A stretch of DNA of 64,000 nucleotides from a virus. Positions 57,832-64,000 of this stretch are shown here, piece by piece; position 1 is the first letter of the stretch; each line of letters starts with the position of its first letter. Location: positions 32,001-96,000 of IMG/VR virus record IMGVR_UViG_3300033143_005193, one strand, 5' to 3'. The notes beneath the pieces were generated by a model. It saw only the letters and a program-made list of their open reading frames with translations, was not told where the DNA came from and ran no database searches. The position numbers were made by a program, and so were the translations under genes.

Positions 57832-58072
57832 TCACACCTTTAAAAGCCAAATCTGTTAAACTTTTTCTAATTTTCTTATAATTTAATCTTTCATTGGCGT
57901 TCATAGAAAAATATTTCATCATAAGAAAAGATTTAACACCTTTTAAATCAAAAATTTCAATAATTTCTTTAAAATCATCACTTAAATTTAATTCATCTTT
58001 ATGTAAGAGACAATCTAATAAATAAGATATTATTAAATTCGAAAACTCTTCTGGTGTTAAATTAACTTTCAT
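57797..58072 (-). CDS. hypothetical protein
   Basis: 91-aa ORF within the operon. Confidence 0.55.
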   Translation of the reverse strand: MKVNLTPEEFSNLIISYLLDCLLHKDELNLSDDFKEIIEIFDLKGVKSFLMMKYFSMNANERLNYKKIRKSLTDLAFKGVIEIKKDSEEKE

Positions 58073-58627
58073 TTATTTTACCTTTATTTTATTTAACTTC
58101 TTAATAGTGTTTATATTTATAACTTCGAAAAATTTTTTCATATTAAAAAAAACTATTGTATCCAAATTATCTTGTTTATCAAACTTTATAAACATTGTTG
58201 GTATATCAGAAATTTCTGGTGATATTTTTTTAATATAAGAGTAACATTTTTCATTTATTCCAACTATTTCAGTTTTATTCTTTTTACGATATATAAGCAT
58301 TGGAAATTTATTAGACTTTAATGCATCATTACAACATTGTGACCAAAAATCCTTTATATTAAAATTTTTAACATTAGTAAAATGTTGCCAAAATGAAGTT
58401 TTAGGATATCCTATTTTACATTCTACACTAAAAACATCTGTAAAAACAGTAGCTTCTTTTGTTATAGCTCTTATATCACCAGATAAATCCATACATTCTT
58501 CATGAATTGTACTTAAAGATCCACTTCCTGGCATTCTCCAAAAACAGAACGGTTTTTCTTTTCCAGTTAACCACTTTGTTAAAAATTTTGATACATATCT
58601 TTCAAAAGGGCCACCTTTACTACTCAT
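58073..58627 (-). CDS. Holliday-junction-resolvase-like PD-(D/E)XK nuclease
   Basis: KG..FER.V...L, R.PGSG, GDI, SVECK. Confidence 0.7.
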   Translation of the reverse strand: MSSKGGPFERYVSKFLTKWLTGKEKPFCFWRMPGSGSLSTIHEECMDLSGDIRAITKEATVFTDVFSVECKIGYPKTSFWQHFTNVKNFNIKDFWSQCCNDALKSNKFPMLIYRKKNKTEIVGINEKCYSYIKKISPEISDIPTMFIKFDKQDNLDTIVFFNMKKFFEVININTIKKLNKIKVK

Positions 58628-58631
58628 ATGA

Positions 58632-58982
58632 TTATAGATCCTTCATATTATTTATTTCATTATTAACATAATTCCAGTCACCATCAAATTTTATCGCTCT
58701 ATCATCTATATATGCTTCAGCAATAGGTTTTTTACCAGTTATTTTATCAAAATAAATATCATGTTTTTTCAACCAATTATACATTTGATTTACAACTTCA
58801 TGTGGTTCTAAATATCCATCATTTATTCTGGCTGATGATATAATTATATAATAATCTTTCTTTAAATTATTTATAAAATCTCTAACACCTTCAACTGGTT
58901 CATCATATATTTCACCATTACACCAACCTTTAGAATATTTATGTATGACACCATCAAAATCAAAACAAATAGCTTTCTTCAT
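58632..58982 (-). CDS. minimal HAD-superfamily phosphatase
   Basis: CFDFDGVI, SSAR, K..A.AYIDDRA. Confidence 0.8.
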   Translation of the reverse strand: MKKAICFDFDGVIHKYSKGWCNGEIYDEPVEGVRDFINNLKKDYYIIISSARINDGYLEPHEVVNQMYNWLKKHDIYFDKITGKKPIAEAYIDDRAIKFDGDWNYVNNEINNMKDL

Positions 58983-59014
58983 ATTTATATAATCCTCGCC
59001 AATATTTTTATTTA

Positions 59015-59043
59015 ATTATAACACTTTTTTAGTATTATGTAAA
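59015..59043 (-). promoter_or_regulatory. sigma70-like promoter
   Basis: TTTACA-N17-TATAAT with extended -10 TG. Confidence 0.65.
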
Positions 59044-59044
59044 T

Positions 59045-59080
59045 AAAAAAAATCCCCAGCGAAAAAAATTCACTGGGGAT
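59045..59080 (-). terminator. intrinsic terminator after hsp20
   Basis: ATCCCCAG..CTGGGGAT stem followed by a T-run on the minus strand. Confidence 0.8.
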
Positions 59081-59102
59081 CTCAATTACTTATAATATTT
59101 TA

Positions 59103-59471
59103 TTATTCAATTTCTATTTTTGTACCTCTTTTTTCATTTTTATCAAGAACAATAGACAATACACCATTCTTCAAAGAAGCACTAGTACAAACATGTTCAT
59201 TTATATTTAGTCTTTCTTTAATTTTTACTGTTTTTCCGTTATTCCTTTTAATTTCACCACTAATCATCAAAGATGGGCCAATAGTTTCAATATTAATATC
59301 TTCTTTAGTAAACCCAGGCACATCTAATTCATAAACATATTGCCCATCATCATTTTCATATACATTATAAGATGGATATTTTTTCAAAAATTTATCAGCG
59401 ATACTATTAAAACCAGTATCCAAATCATTGAAAAAATCATTAAACAAATCGACAACAGGATAATACGACAT
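59103..59471 (-). CDS. small heat-shock protein (Hsp20/alpha-crystallin)
   Basis: P.YNVYE..YELDVPGF.KEDI.I..A.LKNGVL.I. Confidence 0.85.
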   Translation of the reverse strand: MSYYPVVDLFNDFFNDLDTGFNSIADKFLKKYPSYNVYENDDGQYVYELDVPGFTKEDINIETIGPSLMISGEIKRNNGKTVKIKERLNINEHVCTSASLKNGVLSIVLDKNEKRGTKIEIE

Positions 59472-59542
59472 TAATAATACCTCCTTTGTTTAAAATTTGT
59501 TTTTTGATAAAAAGATAACCTCTGATGTTTAAAAGTCAAGTC

Positions 59543-60517
59543 TTAAAGATCCTCAAGTTCTTTCAACAGATCCTCTTCACTGTAATCATCTTCATCTGTT
59601 TCGTGGTTTTCATCATTTTCCTTTACATTCACTTTTTCTGTAGTTTCGTGATTTTCATCATCATTATCTTCCATAAAAACGTCTTCTTCAATATCATCGT
59701 CATTTTTCGATGTTAAACCAGATCCTTTATGTACTCTCCATTCATCTTCAACCAATTCCCAAACCATAGCATCTTTCAACGTCTTTTTAATAATAGCATC
59801 ATCTTTATCAAAAGATTTCAAATAATCATTAAGATTAATAGTTTGTTCCATAATCTTTTCGATTTCTTTTTCTGTTCCAAGTGGTTCGGGTTTTCTTGAA
59901 AATTTTGAAGAAGAATAATCCGGCCAAACTTTATTATTTTCATCCTTTTTAGTAGCATAAACCTTCAAAATAAAATTATACCCATCCTTACCTGGATCAA
60001 AAATAGCATATCCAATACCATCATTTCTATCAATTATTTCTTCTTTAATAAGTTTCTCAACTTTTTCAGGAAATTCATAAATTCTTACAGTTTTAGAAAC
60101 TTTATTTTCATCATCTTTATCAACATCTCTTGGATCATCTATGATATAAAAATTTGCAGCAAATTTCGTTTTTCTCTTAAAATCATAAGCCATTCTCTTT
60201 TCAGCTTGAGTTCCTTGATAAAGTTTAGAAGCAACGGAACAAAAAGGACAGAAATTTTTAAAATCATCCGTTTTAGAACATTTAAAAAACGCCCAAGATT
60301 CACCGATTTTAAACATATGATAGAAATACTTCACATAAAAATTACTTTCGTTATCAGGCAAAAATCTACCAACATAAGTTTTTGGATTTTCTACTGTTCC
60401 CTTTTCAGGTCGCCAAATAGGTAAACGAGTAAAATCATTTGATTTTTGTGTATCCTTTTCCTCAATTTTTTGTTCTTGAAACATCTTAAATTTATCAACA
60501 TTTATCCATTTAGACAT
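59543..60517 (-). CDS. single-stranded DNA-binding protein gp32-like
   Basis: RFLPD, H..C..CPFC zinc site, NFYIIDDP, FDP..GYNF.LK, PDYSSSKF, acidic tail; ATG 60517. Confidence 0.85.
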   Translation of the reverse strand: MSKWINVDKFKMFQEQKIEEKDTQKSNDFTRLPIWRPEKGTVENPKTYVGRFLPDNESNFYVKYFYHMFKIGESWAFFKCSKTDDFKNFCPFCSVASKLYQGTQAEKRMAYDFKRKTKFAANFYIIDDPRDVDKDDENKVSKTVRIYEFPEKVEKLIKEEIIDRNDGIGYAIFDPGKDGYNFILKVYATKKDENNKVWPDYSSSKFSRKPEPLGTEKEIEKIMEQTINLNDYLKSFDKDDAIIKKTLKDAMVWELVEDEWRVHKGSGLTSKNDDDIEEDVFMEDNDDENHETTEKVNVKENDENHETDEDDYSEEDLLKELEDL

Positions 60518-60518
60518 A

Positions 60519-60662
60519 TTATTCATTCTCCTTTCTTTCAATATACTCCTTAAGCAATTTAACAATAGCATATTGTATCAACATATTTTTTTCTTCTTCT
60601 GTCATTTCCAATGTTAATGTAGAAGTACCATCATCATTTTCAATAACATCTAAAACTTCCAT
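60519..60662 (-). CDS. small hypothetical protein (47 aa)
   Basis: Not in the track; AAAGGAAA SD; MEVLDVIENDDGTSTLTLEMTEEEKNMLIQYAIVKLLKEYIERKENE. Confidence 0.6.
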   Translation of the reverse strand: MEVLDVIENDDGTSTLTLEMTEEEKNMLIQYAIVKLLKEYIERKENE

Positions 60663-60688
60663 AATATTTTCCTTTCTTTTTAGATTTT

Positions 60689-60717
60689 ATCATAACATTA
60701 TCTTAAAATAATGTAAA
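60689..60717 (-). promoter_or_regulatory. sigma70-like promoter
   Basis: TTTACA-N17-TATGAT with extended -10 TG. Confidence 0.6.
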
Positions 60718-60888
60718 TTCATTCAATCTTTTATCTCCCTTTTCTTTTTCATTTAATGTATCATTTATCCAAAGCTTTTTACCTTCCGGCACATCATTTT
60801 TCAAAATTTCACCATCTTTTTTACTATCAAGAAGATCACCACTTTTTTCTTTATCTTTTATTATTTTACCTTTATGTTCTATTGACAT
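60703..60888 (-). CDS. hypothetical protein
   Basis: 61-aa ORF with GGAGG SD. Confidence 0.55.
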   Translation of the reverse strand: MSIEHKGKIIKDKEKSGDLLDSKKDGEILKNDVPEGKKLWINDTLNEKEKGDKRLNEFTLF

Positions 60889-61591
60889 TTATATAATCTC
60901 CTCCAAATGTATGGTTTTCATTTATATAATAATCGTTCATATTTCTATACCCCAAATCTCTAGCTGTAAAATATTCATTTATAATTGTTTTATAATTACT
61001 AACATTGGTTGTATTATTAACTCTGCTATATTGAATATTAGCGAATGAATCAAAAACATTACCAACCTCTTTTATATCAATATCATCCGTACCAAAGAAA
61101 ACAACAGAAAAATTCTTATTTTTCTTTCTTTCTTTTATCATTTCATTTATTTTTTTAGCACCATCATCACCTATAAATTCAACAGAAGCATTTTCATAAC
61201 CATCTGTCATTATTATCAAAAGCGCTGAATGATTACTGTTTTCATCTTTCAACTCTTTAATGTTATCAAGAATATTTATACCAACACCAACTGCATCATA
61301 AAGAGCTGTAGTACCAGAACATATATACTCATTCAATTCTTCAACATTATTAACATTAATCTCTTTAAAAACAACCTCAACACGAGAACTAAAATTAATT
61401 AAAGTAACATATGTATCTTGTGTTTTTGATTTGTTTTTAAGCTCCTGAATGTTTTCATTAAAATTATTTAATGATTCTTCAGCAATAGAAGACATAGAAC
61501 CACTATGATCCAAAATAAAAACAACATGATTAACAATTTTATTTTCATTTTTATCAATTGTATTATCAATTAAATCACTAAAAATATCCAT
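60872..61591 (-). CDS. von Willebrand factor A domain protein
   Basis: ILDHSGSM MIDAS, GTTALYDA, MTDGYENAS. Confidence 0.85.
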   Translation of the reverse strand: MDIFSDLIDNTIDKNENKIVNHVVFILDHSGSMSSIAEESLNNFNENIQELKNKSKTQDTYVTLINFSSRVEVVFKEINVNNVEELNEYICSGTTALYDAVGVGINILDNIKELKDENSNHSALLIIMTDGYENASVEFIGDDGAKKINEMIKERKKNKNFSVVFFGTDDIDIKEVGNVFDSFANIQYSRVNNTTNVSNYKTIINEYFTARDLGYRNMNDYYINENHTFGGDYINVNRT

Positions 61592-62217
61592 TATTTTCCC
61601 CCTATTAATCCTTTTTTAGTAAATAAATTTTCAACAAAATCATTTATTTCCTGTAAAATATATACAATATTTCTATATTGTTCTGATATATATGGTATTA
61701 CAGCCATATCATTATCATTTAATTTTAGATAACCTTTCATTATCAACCAACAAACAGTAAATTTATCTATTTTATCTTTTATGTATAAATTAATAATTGT
61801 ATGATTTCCTTTACCATCAATCTTATTACAGAATCCTATTAAAGTTTTTACTTCAATTTTTTTCATATAAAGAGATATAAAAGATACTGATTTTTCTATA
61901 CGTTTTTTATTTACCTCCATTTCTCTTTTAGCTATATTAGATCTTCTTATATAAAGATTAAGAACCTTTTCATCGAAAAATTTATTATAACTAAAACTTT
62001 TATATATTTCAAAACCACATAAAAAATAATTATATGGATCTATGTTATTCCATTTTGTATTAAAATATCTTGTTATTTTTCTCAATGATTCTCTTGTTAA
62101 AGAAGTCATTCTTTTATTAAAATGGTTTTCGAAATTTTTCGGCATACGAAAACCAGCTCCTTTATAAGAAGACTGGGCTTTTCTAAAATAATAGTAGATT
62201 TTTTTTACATCATACAT
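61591..62217 (-). CDS. hypothetical protein, possibly gp59 helicase-loader-like
   Basis: Size, basic helical character and position upstream of gp32. Confidence 0.35.
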   Translation of the reverse strand: MYDVKKIYYYFRKAQSSYKGAGFRMPKNFENHFNKRMTSLTRESLRKITRYFNTKWNNIDPYNYFLCGFEIYKSFSYNKFFDEKVLNLYIRRSNIAKREMEVNKKRIEKSVSFISLYMKKIEVKTLIGFCNKIDGKGNHTIINLYIKDKIDKFTVCWLIMKGYLKLNDNDMAVIPYISEQYRNIVYILQEINDFVENLFTKKGLIGGK

Positions 62218-62272
62218 ATTTCACTCCAAATTTTTTACTCTATATTATTACTTTTTGATTAGAAAGTAAACT

Positions 62273-64000
62273 TTAAGGTAATTTTTTCCCAAAAAGACTT
62301 AAATAACTATTTATATACTTTTTCAAATTATCGTTTTCTTCCCACCATAATTGGTCTTTCACTTTCTGATAATCCTTTTTCCAAACCCTTGATCTAAGGT
62401 CCACATCAGAAGCTAATTCTTCTATTTTAGATATCATATATTCTTCTGTTTCACATTTTATTGTAACATTAGAATATGGAACAGCATTTGAATACACACC
62501 AGGAATACCACATGCAACATACTCCAATTGTTTTATATTACTATTATGTGAAATTATACCATTTGCCATATAATATTGTCCATCAGGTACTTGTATATCA
62601 TATACATCTTTTACATTATAAGATATTTCAATTATTTCATCATTTAAACACCATTTTTTAAAAGCATTTGAATGCTTTTTATTACATATGTTTTCTAATT
62701 TTTTTATTTTCTCTGCAGATAAAAAATTTATTTCTTTGTAGAAAACATCACAAGCTTCTCTATTAAGAATTAATGTATAGTAAAATTTATCATATAATTT
62801 ATTCTTAACAGTTATAACTTTCGATAATATATTAAACCCTAATAAAATAAATTGAATTTGTTTGGCTAAATTTTCATGTTTTGTTGTAAACGAACAATTA
62901 CTCCTTGATATTATACCATTAGATTCAAATAATCCTCTAATAAATTCTTTAATAACAGATTTTGGTGATTTTAATATAACATCTGGTACATTTAAATTTT
63001 TACAATTCGCTCCACTAAATCCTATTTTTTTTGATAAAAACCATCTTAAATTTCTGCTATTGAAAACAACATCTATTTTTTTTCCATTTTTATAACCATC
63101 AGATTCATTTTTTTTAACTTTTTCAACAACAAAAGTTGGTTCATATAAACCAATTTCTCTGGAGAATTTTTTTAAATCATCAATAACATCTTTATATTTT
63201 GAATTACATGAAATACCAATATCACCACTTCCATTTCCGATATAACCATTACCTAAAATATATCCTATAAATCTACCCCATCTTTCATTTATTTTAATTT
63301 TAGGTAAAAGATCTTCATTTAACAATTTAGAATCAAAATTATCTAATTTTTTTGTCAAAAATAAAGGAGCAGATAAATATTGATAATTATTCTTAAATTC
63401 AAAAAATGATATATCAACTTTATCATTAATATTTAAATCAGATAAACATTTAAATTCATTATTACTTCTTATACGATGGTTAAACGTTCCTTCTAACTTA
63501 AAACCTAATTTTGTTTTTATTTTAATAGTTTTTTTATTGTTATATTTTACTATTTGACTAACCTTTTTATAATCATTTTCTTGCCATATATAATCACCTA
63601 TTTGTATATCTTTTATTTCTTTTATACCATTTATTGTAACAATATTTGTATCGCCAGCCAAGCATTTACAATCATTAAAATCACATTTAAGCAAAGGAGC
63701 AATACCAATATCAGCATCAATATCTTTTAATGTTTTTGGATATTGAAATATTTTAACCCAAGGATAAACCTTTATTTTATCCTTATAATCTAATAATTCA
63801 TAAGGAAACGCGCCTAATAAACACCAATCATATTTATCTGTTGTTTTGATAATAAATTCAATAAGTTTCTTTCCAAAATCACCACCACTTTTATTATTTT
63901 GAGAAAAATGATTTTGTGATCCAGCCCATAAAATTCTTGGCTTTTTTTCTCTAGGTTCATTAAGATGTTTTGGATAAATTTCACCCCAAACAAATTTAGA
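62273..64000 (-). CDS. GT-B glycosyltransferase with intein (5' end outside the window)
   Basis: Frame open to the window edge: RILWAGS..H..GGDF..ADIGIAPL...FN.CK|SNIKQLEY.ACGIPGVYS. Confidence 0.85.
   Translation of the reverse strand, partial: SKFVWGEIYPKHLNEPREKKPRILWAGSQNHFSQNNKSGGDFGKKLIEFIIKTTDKYDWCLLGAFPYELLDYKDKIKVYPWVKIFQYPKTLKDIDADIGIAPLLKCDFNDCKCLAGDTNIVTINGIKEIKDIQIGDYIWQENDYKKVSQIVKYNNKKTIKIKTKLGFKLEGTFNHRIRSNNEFKCLSDLNINDKVDISFFEFKNNYQYLSAPLFLTKKLDNFDSKLLNEDLLPKIKINERWGRFIGYILGNGYIGNGSGDIGISCNSKYKDVIDDLKKFSREIGLYEPTFVVEKVKKNESDGYKNGKKIDVVFNSRNLRWFLSKKIGFSGANCKNLNVPDVILKSPKSVIKEFIRGLFESNGIISRSNCSFTTKHENLAKQIQFILLGFNILSKVITVKNKLYDKFYYTLILNREACDVFYKEINFLSAEKIKKLENICNKKHSNAFKKWCLNDEIIEISYNVKDVYDIQVPDGQYYMANGIISHNSNIKQLEYVACGIPGVYSNAVPYSNVTIKCETEEYMISKIEELASDVDLRSRVWKKDYQKVKDQLWWEENDNLKKYINSYLSLFGKKLP
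62543..63664 (-). mobile_element. intein (374 aa) with degenerate LAGLIDADG
   Basis: K|CLAGDT..GTFNHRI..IISHN|S. Confidence 0.9.

Noticed and set aside
1-64000. Archaeal host or alternative genetic code
   Set aside because: Peptidoglycan peptidase, sigma70-type promoters, gp55 and a lipobox point to a bacterial host; genes are full length and tightly packed with TAA, TAG and TGA all used as stops.

Overview
A very AT-rich segment of a large T4-like (myovirus) bacteriophage genome, read in the standard code. Left to right: (1) a minus-strand tandem array of at least 4 paralogous ~235-aa genes with ADP-ribosyltransferase-like motifs and T4-style capsid-targeting N-termini; (2) a late baseplate/tail operon (gp53-, hub-, gp5 fused to peptidase M15, PAAR, gp25, gp6, gp7-like and a tail fibre whose tip has 17 HxH heptads mirrored by 17 Gly/Thr octads); (3) gp55 late sigma, gp47, an IS200/IS605 element (frameshifted tnpA, intact tnpB), gp46, UvsX and NADAR; (4) a ~19 kb glycan-biosynthesis island with no recognisable membrane components (glycosyltransferases, three SDR epimerases, WbpB/WbpD/DegT-type enzymes, APS kinase, two sulfotransferases and a UDP-sulfoquinovose synthase with two inteins); (5) a Dam-type methyltransferase next to a putative capsid-packaged nuclease; (6) replication and nucleotide genes (primase, class II RNR with 3 inteins, thymidylate synthase, RNase H, resolvase, Hsp20, gp32) and an intein-containing glycosyltransferase running off the right edge. 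There are six inteins in total. No tRNA, rRNA or CRISPR array was recognised. All calls come from reading motifs by eye; no database search was run.
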